Both the position numbers and the translations under genes were made by a program. A stretch of DNA of 64,000 bases. Origin: the human T2T-CHM13v2.0 reference genome, Homo sapiens. The notes beneath the pieces are model-generated. The model was not told the DNA's origin and searched no databases. It saw nothing but the letters and a program-made list of their open reading frames with translations. Shown here in pieces: positions 47,773 to 62,534 of this stretch; position 1 is the first letter of the stretch; the number at the start of each line of letters is the position of its first letter. The stretch lies in the NCBI RefSeq assembly GCF_009914755.1, contig NC_060928.1; one strand, written 5' to 3'.

Positions 47773-47824
47773 TACCAACAGCTCTAGCAACCATCTTCAC
47801 TTTTTGATTATCATGCTTTGCTGA

Positions 47825-48300
47825 TCCTAGGATAAACATTTTGAGATGAAGTTAGGAGTGCATGTGGTTTGTTGTGGATAATGTCTGTGAAAGATAAAAA
47901 GAAGAAGGAGAAATATTGGGTTGGGAAAGCCTTCAGAATATGATGCAGATCTGAAAAATGTTTAAGGAAGGGAGTATGGGTGAGGAAAACAGCACTGGGC
48001 AGGGGGCACCTCAGATCACAATAAAGACAAAGCCTCAGCTAATCCAATGGGAAGCTTGAGAGCAAGGAATGCCCATTGCAATTGTCCAACATCGGGCAGG
48101 AATGACCAGGCTCTAGCACCCTTGCCGTGTTCTGTCTTGGTAGAGAGCTGTCCCAGAATAAAGCATGACTGTGGTTCAAAAGCTAATGTCATCCTGAAAG
48201 CATTAAGGACTAGAAGCTGTCCACTAACTGTACAACTTACAGCTCACCAGCAGGTTCTTTCCAGAAGGGAGAGCTAAGAGGTGCATTTCCATGACTGCCA
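47825..48300 (-). mobile_element. ERVL-type solo LTR (LTR16/LTR33-like)
   Basis: GC-elevated ~480 bp with motifs GGGAAAGCCTTCAGAATATGATGCAGATCTGA and GCCTCAGCTAATCCAATGGGAAGCTTG typical of antisense LTR16/33; family uncertain. Confidence 0.55.
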
Positions 48301-48569
48301 TCCCCTAGATACCTTGCACTTACACGACTAGATTTGACCTATGCTTCCTATCCTGAATCCTCCATTCCTAGTTCTAATTTTTTTCCAAGTAATTTTCCAA
48401 AGCACAACTCTGATTGTATCAAGGCCTATATTAAATCCTTCAATACTACTTAATATTATTGTTTTATTAAATATTTATTATTCATTATTTTAAAGCAAGT
48501 TAAAAATTTTTAAATTGGCATCCAATACCCACCAAAATCTGGGCCAAATAATTCTTTCTGGGTTTATTT

Positions 48570-48760
48570 ATAGATAGTAGAGACCAGAGGAGAACACTTC
48601 AGAGCTAGAGAGAGACAAGCTTCAGAATATTATTTCCATCTACCACTGACTAGGTATATAACTTCTTTCACTTTGATTTCCTCATTAGCAAAATAAGAAT
48701 ATCTGGTATAGATTTTGCAAATGTTTACTGAGATAACATTAGGGCAAAAAATACTTAACA
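48570..48760 (+). mobile_element. MIR
   Basis: TCTACCACTGACTAG...TTTCCTCATTAGCAAAATAAGAATA...TGAGATAAC. Confidence 0.55.
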
Positions 48761-49479
48761 CATTTTGATTCCCCTTTACTATTCTTCCTCCTCTGCCTGT
48801 ATCTGATAATTTTCCATCTATTAAATATGTCTCATACTTTCCTGCCTATGTTTTAACACTGATACCTTTCAAAATTCTTTCTATGCATTATGCCGTTTTC
48901 ACAACACCTTCTCAGTTATTAAAATCCTACCCATCATCTGAAGCCTTACAGTCTAACCCCTTCTGATAACCAGATGTTCCTCCACAATTTAGCCAAAACT
49001 AGAACTAAAACTAAAAACAAAACCAGTTTGGAAGAATATCCATGAACTGTCACATGTTCTTTTTATTTCTGCACTCTTGTGGTTTCATGTACACCTATAA
49101 TAAGTGGGTCATTAAGTCAAAGTCAGTGTATATATTTGTCTATATGTAAATATAAATACAAGAGCTTCTAGCACAACACTTGAAATAGCAGCTCCTAAAA
49201 AGTATTTTAATTTAACATCAGTTGGCAATATGCAAGCTAACAACTCCAAAAATTTTTTAGTGATGTTCTAAGGATATCTTTTTATGTATGACTGCTCTAC
49301 AAAAGATATATTTTTTTAAAATGAATAAAAAGTTTTCATTGTTTAGAAGAACATTTGATAACCACTAATTTATGAAATGCCACCAATGTAAAATGGCATT
49401 TAATGAATCAGAAAAACTAGACTATCATTTCCATTATTTATTTAACAAATATTGATTTTCTGCCCTAATTCAGCCTAAG

Positions 49480-49945
49480 TCCTTGAAAGGGCTGTCAATA
49501 CCTACTCTGTTCTTCATTTCTCCTCCTATGTTCCTGTGCAGTCCAATCAGACGTTCGTCAAAATTACATGAATGCAACCACTATTGCATTCACCAATTAA
49601 CTCAATATTGGCTACCTGGGATGTCTCAGGGTAGATTCCAATTCACTCAATATGTCAATTTTATTCAGATATATTTCCAAATTTAGATCCTCGGCTTCCC
49701 TGACCTCCATCTATAAAGGAATTCTCTCCCATTTATTCTGTTCCTTTACCGTGCTCTGTCTTCACATTCTTATAATTATCTTTCATTATTTACATATTGA
49801 TTTTTAAATTGGTGAATTTTGTCTGGCTTCTTCCCTAGAATGCAAGTTTAATGAAAACATGAACTTTGTCTTACCATTTTATTTTCAGCACCAGGAACAG
49901 CTCCTGGCTGTCTAAATAATTGTGAAATGCATTAATAAATGACGT
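49480..49945 (+). mobile_element. L2 3' fragment
   Basis: CTTCCCTGACCTCC...CCCTAGAATGCAAGTTT...TTCAGCACCAGGAACAGCTCCTGGC. Confidence 0.55.
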
Positions 49946-50694
49946 TCTGGGGATAACATTATGGGCTAGTTGATCTGACATTTTCACCACAGGACTCAAA
50001 TTAGTTCAATTTTAAGTCATTAAAAAGAATTTTTGTGCATTAAAAGTACCCAAACAAACCCATTTAGTTGGTATGAAACCAAATTAGATTTCCATATCAT
50101 TTTGGCCGTTTCTTCAGAAAAACAAATAACACAAATTGCTACAAAATTATCTTTGTCATTGGTTTTTAAATTATATATTCATGGACCATAAAGTTTCAAG
50201 AATGTCTACAAATTTCAACAGGAAACTACATCTCTGTGGAGATGTCTGAAATGAGAGGAACACTGAGTTTTAAGGGCTTAAGGTTCACATTCTCTAACAA
50301 TGCAACAATCTAGAAAATATCTTTAATGTAAAGTATCAATATGGTACAATAGAACATAGAGATCATAAGATCCTTGAAATAATGAATGTGATCTTTCACT
50401 AACTGAACATTTTGTCCCTGCCTAGAACACTGCTGAGTACAGCAGAGACGGTATAGTTATTGGGTAGTTATAGCTACACAACTGAACTGAAAATATTTAT
50501 TTATTCTTTATTAAACATTTTATTTCCAACTTATTCAGTCAACATTCAAACTCCATTAACTGTCACAGCAGGCACAGTCTAAAAAGAATAAAACATAAAA
50601 TAAGTATTTCTTTTATTTATTTATTTATTTTATTTATTGGTAATGAATATTTGACAGGAAGAAAATGAGACTGGGGATATAGAGAACTTCTTAC

Positions 50695-50803
50695 CTGGCC
50701 ACTACTGTGGACTCAGAAATTCTCTTCTCATTCCATGTACCCTAAAGCTTCTGCTCATTTCTGTGGATGAGTGCCAGGATTCATTAAAATGATTCCAGTT
50801 TAC
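50695..50803 (-). ncRNA. Candidate non-coding exon (109 nt)
   Basis: Minus strand: GGCTAAT branch-like motif, CTTTCATTTAG|G acceptor and CAG|GTAAGA donor; stops in all frames. Confidence 0.35.
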
Positions 50804-51039
50804 CTAAATGAAAGTCTTATTAGCCATATGGGCCAGACTTTTGTCAGATTACACTGAAATCATGCATATTCCTCAGTGGTCTGTTTGGGTTCCACAATGC
50901 CTCTGAAGCACTGCAATGCTGACCTGTGGCTATGTGATATATGTGATGATGGTTAGCCTGTAACACTAGGGTTTCTCAAAGATAATACCTAGATTACTTG
51001 ATTGATAAGGATGGGAAATTTAGTAAAAGGAAAGACACA

Positions 51040-51258
51040 TTAAAAAGAATAGAAATAGAAATAGAGTAAAAAGAGAATAGGACATAAAAAGAGAATAGAA
51101 TGGAAATAGTAAAAAGAGAATAGAATAGAAATATTACAAAATTATTATTTATATATTAAATATTATTTTATATATTTTATATACTATTTATATTTTTGTA
51201 TATTATATATTAAAATTATTATTTCTATTAAAAATAGAAATAATAAAAGAGAATAAAG
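51040..51258. repeat. AT-rich low-complexity tract containing a 14-bp-arm palindrome
   Basis: (AAAAAGAGAATAG)-like units; TTATTATTTCTATT-AAA-AATAGAAATAATAA at 51216-51246. Confidence 0.85.
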
Positions 51259-51607
51259 ACCAGATTTTTAGAAATCATAGAAAATATAAAACACATTGAA
51301 ATATGAGAAAAGAAAGTATTATATAATATCCATAATCTAAAGGTAGATATTCATTGTATCCATCTATCTATGTATATTCCTATCTATGCTCAAGGTGGAA
51401 AGCAGAATGCATAAAAAGGTATAGGTTATCATTAGGCACCTTTATGTAACACCTCTCTATCTTCTTCCACTCCTGAAGTAGGTATTCAATCTGACCATAC
51501 TAGAATTTTTGTAAGCATCCATCTCATTCTCTCCCACTACAATATCAACTGCTTTCACCAAAACTCAGGTTGTGCTTACTTAGCTATAGACATTTGTTGT
51601 TATCATC

Positions 51608-52400
51608 ATTTTAAATTAAGTATAAAGGTGCATACGATAAAAATTCACTTATTTTAAGTGTACAATACAATGAGTTTTGGCAAATATCTACATGTAAGTG
51701 GTGATTATCACTAGAATAAAGATACAGAATGTTTCCAAAATTCAAAAAGTTATCTTACCACATTGCAGTCAATTTCTGCCCTTCTGGCCACAGACAACCA
51801 CTAACCTGCTAGAACTAGGTTTTGTGTCTTCCAGAATTTCACATAAATGAAATCATAAAGTTAGAAATCTTTTGTGTCTGCTTCATTTGGTCAACATAAA
51901 AGTACTGAAGTTCATCACTGTAGTTGTGTGTATCAGTTCATTTATCCTGCTGTTTTTATTATTTATATATTTTTGCTTTTTTATTTATAATTATTACAAG
52001 TATAAGAGTTGTATATATTTATGGGATACATGTGATAGTTTAATACAAGCATACAATGTGTAATGATTAAATTAGGGTAATTAATGTATCCAGCATCTCA
52101 GGAATTTATCATTTCTTTAAGAACAGAGCAATTCTACTCTATTATCTTTAAATATACACTAAAATATCATTAACTACAGTTTCCCTATCGTGCTTCCAAA
52201 CACTAGGTTGCATTCCTTCTATCTAACTATATTTTTGTACCAATTAATTATCACCTCTTTATCCCCCTTCTCATTACCCTTCCCAGCCTCTGGTCACCAT
52301 CATTCTACTGTCTCCACTAGTTCAATATTTTTACCTCCCACATATTAGTGAAAACATATAATATTTGTCTTTCTGTGCCTGGCTTATATCACTTAACATT
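51608..52400 (-). mobile_element. L1MB/MC 3' fragment followed by L1MA 3' fragment (from ~51955)
   Basis: TTTAAGTGTACAATACAATGAGTTTTGGCAAAT; ATGGGATACATGTGATA...CCCTTCCCAGCCTCTGGTCACC...TTTGTCTTTCTGTGCCTGGC. Confidence 0.8.
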
Positions 52401-53229
52401 AGCATCTAAAATGGAAGCTTAGGTTACTGATTTTGGACCTTTTCACCTTTCCAAAGTAAACTTTTAATACTGTCTCTAATCACTGTTTACCTCTATTCCA
52501 CAAATAGTTGTTACTAAGACAAATAGTTGTTCACTGTTATGTAAGACAGAGCTACTCCAGTCCCAGTTATGTTACTGGGGTTGGAAAATATGCTTTGGAT
52601 TGCTCCAACCATTGGAATTGGTAACCCTGCAACCAATATTTTTTTAAAAATCTAGTAGATACTCAATCCAAACAAAAGTTATTTTTCTAACATCCTTCCA
52701 TAACTCCCCCTTTCACATTCTTATTACCATACTTCTAATGCTTAGTTTTTTTTGCAATAACATATATATCCTTTCTACCAATCTTTTTTCAAATGAAACT
52801 TATTACTCTTCTATGATAAATTTTAATCATATCAGCTTCCAGCTTAAACATATTTAAGTTCATTTGTTGTGTGTGTGTGTTTATTTGTCTGTGTTTAATT
52901 CCTAAAGTAACAACTTCTTAGCTTGGCCTAGCAGTCTTCCTACTCCCTGGCTTCAACACTACATTTCCAGCTAGTTTGATTCCATTCCTTCACGCTTACT
53001 TTTCACACCAGGGAAACTGGATGACTCTTCCCTAAATATAGCACAAAGTCTCAGCTCTAAACTTTGGCTCAGGTCATTTTCTCCACCTAAAACAACCTTC
53101 ATTTTCAGAGGCTTACCTCCTCCACTTGTCCAGATCACATCCGTACGGTCCATCTCAGGTACTATATTTTTAATGAAGCCTAAAGGAGATGCAACCTCCT
53201 CTTCCTGGATCATTTAATACACTCATTTT

Positions 53230-53400
53230 ATCAACTTATTGAGCACTTACTGTCTGTCCTTAATTTTCTAAGTGTTCAGTGCAAATTATTTCATTTGCAC
53301 GAATCCATGAGGATTCGTAAAATCCTCATGGGTAAGTAGTATTATCATCCCTATGTTACAAATGGAGAAACTAAGGCACAGGAATGTTAAATACTTGTAA
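53230..53400 (-). mobile_element. MIR
   Basis: TTATTGAGCACTTACTG...TATTATCATCCCTATGTTACAAATGGAGAAACTAAGGCACAG. Confidence 0.8.
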
Positions 53401-55121
53401 GCACCATGCTGTGTTGCTTTACTTAACATATCCTTACAGTATCATAGATACAGTATAAATTCCCCAAGGAAGAGCCTGTAAAACATTTAGCAAATAACTT
53501 GCATACAATGGACATCATGCAGTTAGTATGTATTCCCAATCTGAAAGGCAAAAAGAGTGAAAAAGAACTATGAAATGCTCTTCATTTTAAAAAGTTGATA
53601 TTATTGTGAGAAAATGAATAAATGCACAATAATTGGGAAGTAGGAAGTAAATAATAAGATAGCTTTAGCTGTCTCAACACATTGTCTTATATAATTGTTG
53701 TATTAAAACTAAATATTCAAGTAGAAAACCTTATGAATATTTGAATTAATTGAGAAGAATTCAGTACTGATATTTATAATGAAAACTGTCTCCAGATAAT
53801 TAAAGTTTACTCCCGTATTCGACAAAGCATTATTTAAAAATTACTTATTATTGTTGAAAGAGAATTATCAAAACATGATTTTTTTCTGTCTTTTAAAACA
53901 GAGAACACCAATGTATAATTTATCCTTCCCTTAATAATATAGTCACTAGAAACATTGATTACTAAACTATGCAGTGATAAGGTCATTTTTTCAGGAGTTA
54001 GTGAGATCAATTAAGACATTTGCTTTATAGCTGAGCATGTTGCTTTTTTTCTTTCGTCTTTTCCTCATTAAGAACTATGACAAAGTGTTTTAGGTTTTAG
54101 TAACTCCAACCCATGCTGTTAATATTTTGTGATCTCAAAACTAAATTAACTAATCAACCAATGTAGTTTTATGCATAATTTTAAAAATATTCTTTGCCAT
54201 TATAGATGGTTCTAATTCTATTATAATCCTACATGAATTTTGTAATATGTTTGCCATGAAGAAATTGTTCTCATTTATTTCTGAGTTAATTTCTGTTTTG
54301 ACAGCTAGGGTTGACTTCTGTGTAGCGTATTTAGATAAACAGAATAAATTACCATTCATCCAATCTCTTCGTGAAAATTATTTGGTCTCTATATTGAGGG
54401 CATGGGCATGATCAAGTAAGAAATCAAAATTAGCACAGTTCTTCATTTTATAATATCAAACGCAAATTAAGAATGTGGATTATTTGTCTTCTATTAATAT
54501 ATGGGGCAGTGCAGTTAATTAAAATGTTTAATACAGGAACTAAACTGCTAAGTATAATCATTAAAGTATATAAAGTCATACATTTTATAGCTAAAGTTAA
54601 ATTGCAAATCTGAGTATTATCATCAATAATCACTAGCAAAATGACCACTAAACTTAGAATACGGTTGTACAAACAAGTGCACACACATATTCAACCCTAA
54701 ATATACATATACTACATATAACTTCTAGCCATACAGGCTTTGCCCCTCATACTTGAGTATACTTCTTCCTAACTTACTCCTCAACTTATTCTGAATCTTT
54801 CATAATTTTCAGAATTTGACTATAGCTTAAAAGTATCTTTCATCAAATGTCTTTTTTACTGCTTCTCATTCAACTATAATATTTTACCTGCTTTACCAAA
54901 AATTTAGTCAGACCCCAAATATCCCAAGCAGTTTGCTGTGAATTAAGAATGACTGATGTGGTCTCTCTTGTACTTCTTTGAATCATTTATTCTTTTGTGG
55001 CAAAATAAAAATATAAAGGAAAGACTAAGCATTATAAATTGACAGTTATTCGAGGAGAATTAATCCCATAGATAGATCTGTTAGGTTATTCTTAGATCAA
55101 CACCTTTTCTACCTTCTGTAA

Positions 55122-55428
<307 letters not shown>

Positions 55429-55819
55429 TGGGAGGTAGTTTCAAATGAAAAGAACAGTCCACTACAATTTATGTCATCCAAATTCCATTTCTGTCTCAGA
55501 CACCTGCTGTCCACGGAACTTGGAGACTTGTCTGTGTGAGGATATTGATGACCATCATGCCTATGACATAAGATTGGCCTAAGACTCAAAATGCTTCCAT
55601 ATTTAGAACAATATTTTGAAAACTGTAACATTCCATGAAATTACAAGATATAACTTTTGTAGACTATCCTCCTTTGTAAGATGTCATGCCATTTCCCACA
55701 AAACTCTATTTTAAAGGCATTTATATCAAAGAAAGGCATTTGAGGCAAAAAAAAAAAACCCTTCAAAACAAACATATAGTTAAAATTTACATCACATGAA
55801 TTAAACCACATCTCTTCCT

Positions 55820-55940
55820 CTAGCACATCATTCTACTCCCCTTTCAAAGATGAGAAAATTAAGAAACAAAAAGGATAAATAACTTGACAAAAGCAACAAA
55901 ACTGGTAAAGTGGTGGCAACCTGACAAAAGATTTAGCCTT
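55820..55940 (-). mobile_element. MIR
   Basis: CCCTTTCAAAGATGAGAAAATTAAG...AATAACTTGACAAAAG...CTGGTAAAGTGG. Confidence 0.55.
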
Positions 55941-56541
55941 TGTCTTTCTTTGCGAGGCTGCCTTTTTCTCCTTTTCTCCCTTCTCTTCCATCGTTACCAA
56001 ACCACTGGCATCAAAAGAAAAAGTAATAAATATTTGAATAAATGAATGAAGCATTTGTCTTCCCGTAAGATTAATTCAAGAGTAATTATAGATAAAACCA
56101 TAAAATTCCTACTATGGCTCTAAAAACAAAAGACCAAAAATCTAAAGTGTATTATAAGAATATTTCAGAGTGTGAAGGGTCACTTAACACCACTATTAAT
56201 GGCAGAGGACTCTCTGCCTAAAGCCAATTCTCTAACAAAAGGGAACATAGAATATTAAGCTAAAGTTCATGAATAACTCTGCTTAAAGGAATCATTAGAA
56301 TTAGACATATACTTCAGAGGATGTGACTGTGAATACTACATATAATGGTCATCATTCTGCATTAAAATTTAAGGAAAAAAGATAACTTCTGTATACATTT
56401 TTAAGTAGAGATTTTTTTTCATACATTGTACCTTCTTTTTGAATAAATGCTCTCCTCTGGTATCATTAAAATAAAAGGAAACATGAACATTAAAGGATTA
56501 TTGTATCAGCACAGTAGTTATTCTCTCTAAACATAAATATT

Positions 56542-57945
<1,404 letters not shown>

Positions 57946-60439
57946 TAACACTGTTGCTTCTTCTATTAACTGGCTTTCCCTGAAACATCAAATGCTTTTC
58001 TGATTGATATTGTATTAGAACAGTAGGATGAAGTTTATAATAAGAATAAAATGAAATAAATTTTGCATATGCCAACTTATTTATAAAACATATTAATCAT
58101 CTAAATCATCCGTTATTTGTAGACTGGATATAAATATACCTTAGCGACAGAGAAGGAAACAACATATATAGGAAATATCAGCAGAACTTGTTTTTATATG
58201 TAAATTCTCTTGTACTGAAGTAAAATAAAATTCAGAACACTCAACCCAAGTAACTTGTTTTATATAAATGTTATTTATTTCTTAATTATTTAACTCTCTT
58301 CTTTTGCTCTTGCTGCTTGTGAGACCTAACTTATGCAGAGCATGAATTAAATCCATGTAGGGCAATAATTTTTATTTAAGCTTAGATAAAACTTCTAGTA
58401 CCACAGACCATTCTGAATAAGTTTAAAATTCATCATGAGACCAGATAAGGGAGGTGTTATTTAAAATTTGCATGTAGTTTTTTCCTAAATATTTTTGAGA
58501 TGACAGACATTAACAAAATCATACATTTTTATTCTACCATTCTGTGATGCAGAGAAAATATACATATTTATGTGACTTTTTAAAAATAAGGGACATTATT
58601 TCAGTAGGGTTAAATACACAGTTATGTAGATTATTACATTAAGGATACACATACATAGTAACAATTAACCCCTTCTCAGGGGTAGACTACTTTCCCTTAT
58701 GATACAGGGGACTAGGAATGATTCAGTAAATTTATTCAGTAGATAGAAGTTAGCGGCAATACAAAACTTAAATGTTGCCTTTTATATTTTAATAAAATAT
58801 TGTATTCATAAAGAGGAATATATGAAAAATATAAATTATAAATGTAATATAATGAAAAGGCAGATTACCCCAACTGTTTTACACACACCATCCAAATTCT
58901 CTAAGAATCTATAAAATTATTTGCTTTATATACTCCTGGCTTCAAATAAAAGACAAAAGAAGTTAAGAAAAGCCTTGCTCCCTGTTTTGCTTTACACACT
59001 TAGTACATATGATTTGCTTTCCATCAGTGCCATCCAGGGTAAATAATACAGTCATCTTTCATGGATATTTTCATAAAATTGCTACGGAAAACTTAGACAT
59101 AGCCAAAGAAAAATAAAATCCAAGTTGCCAGAAGGAAAACAACAATTATACTAATGGATGATTTTAATTATCACTACTTCCACTGGAAGTCTAGAGAAGT
59201 AAACTAAGGAACAAGTGTTTTCTTATTAAATGAACAGAGAATTCTTTTTCAAACAACCAGGAGCATCGAGAAAACAGAATGAAAAGGCAATCTTTACATT
59301 CAATTAATTAAAGTGAAAACAGAAATGCTCAAGAGATGCTTTCTAAAAAGTGATCATAAAAATTTAGTGTCTGAAGGCTTTTAATTTTAAAAAATATACC
59401 AAATCAATATAAATGCACAGCCAACAATTCTTTAAATTTCAGATTAACAGGCATTAAATATCTCTTAAAAATGCAATCTACAAAAGCCCTTCTGTGCCTT
59501 ATTTCATTTACTTATGTTTATATTTCTTTCCTCATGGCTTTTTTCCATTTGATTCCCAATATTTCATCTCCAGTTTTCTCAAATGCTCTTTTCCTCTCCT
59601 CTTCCATCAAAATCCATTATCATCTCTTATTCTCTATCTCAAAGTAGAATTTCCCTGAGAGCCATCATTAAAAGTCTTCATATATGCCATTATGTTCACC
59701 TAATCTCAAGCACAGTGAGATTTTTTTTCTCCCTTGATCGTACTCACTTCAAGTTTTTCACTGACATATTTCATCTGCCATTAAAATAACTCTCGGGTTC
59801 ATTTACCACATTCATTGTAAAGATCCTTATTTTACAGGAGAGGCTATAAAATCAGTTTTCCTTGGATAATTAAGACTGAAAGATCTGTATTCTTGTCAGA
59901 ACTGGTTTAAGTAAAATTTGCCTTAAAGTATGGAAAATATACTAGACACGTTAAGAAGTCTTTCTAAGCCATATAGTATATTATAAGATAATATCCATTA
60001 TTTGGGCCATTGTTTAACATGTTCTCTACAAAAGACCACTCACTCAATAATACAATGGAGCCTTCGGTGTTGAGATGGATTTGGGTCAGAAATGAACTAG
60101 ATACTTTTAAAACATGAAATACTTCATAGTGATGCCTCAGTTTCTTTCCTGAACAGGACTAGATTTGTCAATCTCTTAAAAAGTAGGAAACATTTCTGCT
60201 GTTAGTCAATTTGAACTAGTTTTCTAGACAATAATAATTTTTAAATATTCAAGGTGATATGTAATCTGCATTGTTGAAATGGTCTGGTAAGTCCCCTTGA
60301 GCTACTGTAGGAAAAACACAATTATACTAAATTTTGCCAATTTTTAATGATTTAATGAGAAAAAGATTGATCTCTATGAGAGGTAATCTTGAAATAATAG
60401 GATAATTATGAATATTGAAAGCTAAATCATACATTAAAT

Positions 60440-61410
60440 CACCAAGTGGTTATAGAAAGCTTTCTTTGTGTCTGATGTAGTTCTAAGTGCCATAAACATG
60501 CATAATACTGGCCTTGCTATTGAGTACCTTATAGTCAGAAAACCAGAGGTAACTATTATCCAAAGCAATAACTGTTAAGTATCATAAGAAAGTAAAAATC
60601 TCAGAGCCCCACGAATCTCAGAAAGAAAAAGGGTCATTTTAGGCTGTTTACATTTAATCAGGAATCAGGGGATATGCTGTTAGTTGGCTTTAATGGATTG
60701 GTAGCATTTCAACAAATGATGAAGGTAGAGGAGATAAAAAATTCCAGGCAGCAGAAATATAAATAGAGGTGAACGTACAGAAACAGAAAAGCCAAACACA
60801 GGATAGAAAAGTTCTGAGCAGACTTTGGCTAAAATGCCAGCCACACGTAGGTGAGTCAATGCAAGTGTAGGCAGGTTGTCTGAGACCAAATTTTGGTTGA
60901 TTTTAGGTGCAAAGTTAAGAATTTAGAACTTTATTTCTTAAGCAGATGAGAAGCATAAAGAGAATATGCATTATTTTATTTTAATCATAACCTCAACTTT
61001 CATGAGTTTTCTGGTAATACTTCAACTTGGGTATTTTAGTGTCTTTACTATAAAATGAAGCATGTGTTTAAAAATCACAAAGATAGTAAGCAGTATTTGT
61101 TCCAAATACATAGTCTTTCTACAAAACAATACAGAATGGCTCCTATAATAATATGAGCAGGGTAGCATTTGTGGAAGATCAAATAGTGTTGTAGAATGTA
61201 CGGCAAAACAGTGAAGGAAATGACTCAAGTGAGGACATCATGAAGTGATTATAAAAATAGTCCAGGTGAGTTGAAATAGAAACCAGGGGTAATTGTGGTA
61301 GGAACATAATGGAAAATAAATATTTCAAATGATACTACAGAGAATTTACTCAGCTTCTTTATGAATTATAAAGAGGATACCAGTATAACTTCAAGTGGCC
61401 TAGTTTCTTC
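60440..61410 (-). mobile_element. L2 fragments
   Basis: GTTAAGAATTTAGAACTTTATTCTTAAGCAGATGAGAAGC and AATAGTCCAGGTGAG are typical antisense L2; boundaries approximate. Confidence 0.55.
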
Positions 61411-62534
61411 TGTGTTAAAGGTAATTTTTTTTTTTTTTTACAAAATCTCATTAAAAAGTTAACCCATTTAGGACCAAAAAAAAATTTAATAGCAGATACT
61501 TAAATACTAAGAAATAGCTCAGTGATTAGAAATATAATTTTTAAATACTCAAAATGTTATGATATATTTATAATACTTAATCCATCTGCTTTATGTTTTT
61601 TCTTTTTATAACGTGGGTTAAAACAGCCTAGTAAAATTAGGGCCAAAATAAGCATGTTGTTATATGGCTTTAAATTATTTTTTAGATTGATATTTTCAAT
61701 TCATTTATATTGGAAAGGAGGTTATGTGCAAGATGGTAATTTAACCAAGGAGCTGGAGGAATTAAACATAAATTTTGTTTTCAAATCAACTGAAAGCATC
61801 ATTAATTATAAGTACGTTTTTGATCCCTGTCACTATGGTATCAAATCACAGAATTATTAGAAGAGAATCAGTAACTGAAACTCCTCCGGCTTTTTTATTC
61901 CATTGTAAGCCATATCAAAGTTTTGGAACTAAGAGAAATACTTCCAAGTTATTTATTCTAAGGTTAAAGAGGGCATTAAAAACATATCTTTGATGTGTTC
62001 CTACAAATTGTAATACTGGGACTAGAGCTTCTCTACCAGGGTAAGGATCAGGAGGAGCTCAGGCAACTAGCTGAAAACTCTGCTTCCAGCATCAAACAGT
62101 GAATGCAGTTCACTGCAAGCCAACAAAGACAAGGATCACAGACTTGAGTAAAATGAGATGCTGTAAGAAGGACCAAGAAAGAGAGGGGAGATGTTAGAAA
62201 ATAGAATTTCTCCTCTAGGCACATTTGTAATTTTGCACCAACTTGAGAGTAGTCCTTTATGTGTTCAAAACAACATATTGGTTCTATTCAAATTAAGCAA
62301 CATGGAAGTGTTGCTGCCAGGGATCTCTATCCTAGACAAAAGACTCCTGGTATACACACAGTAGTCACTTTTATTGCTTTCATGTAGACTACTCAGATAG
62401 CTAAACATTCATATCTGCACTTAAATCAATAACCACATTTATGTCTTGGTATCAGTAACATGGGGGTTGGTTGAAGGACAAATTTTGTCCAACTATGGAC
62501 AAAAAACCATTTGCGGTGCTTGAAAAATTAAATG

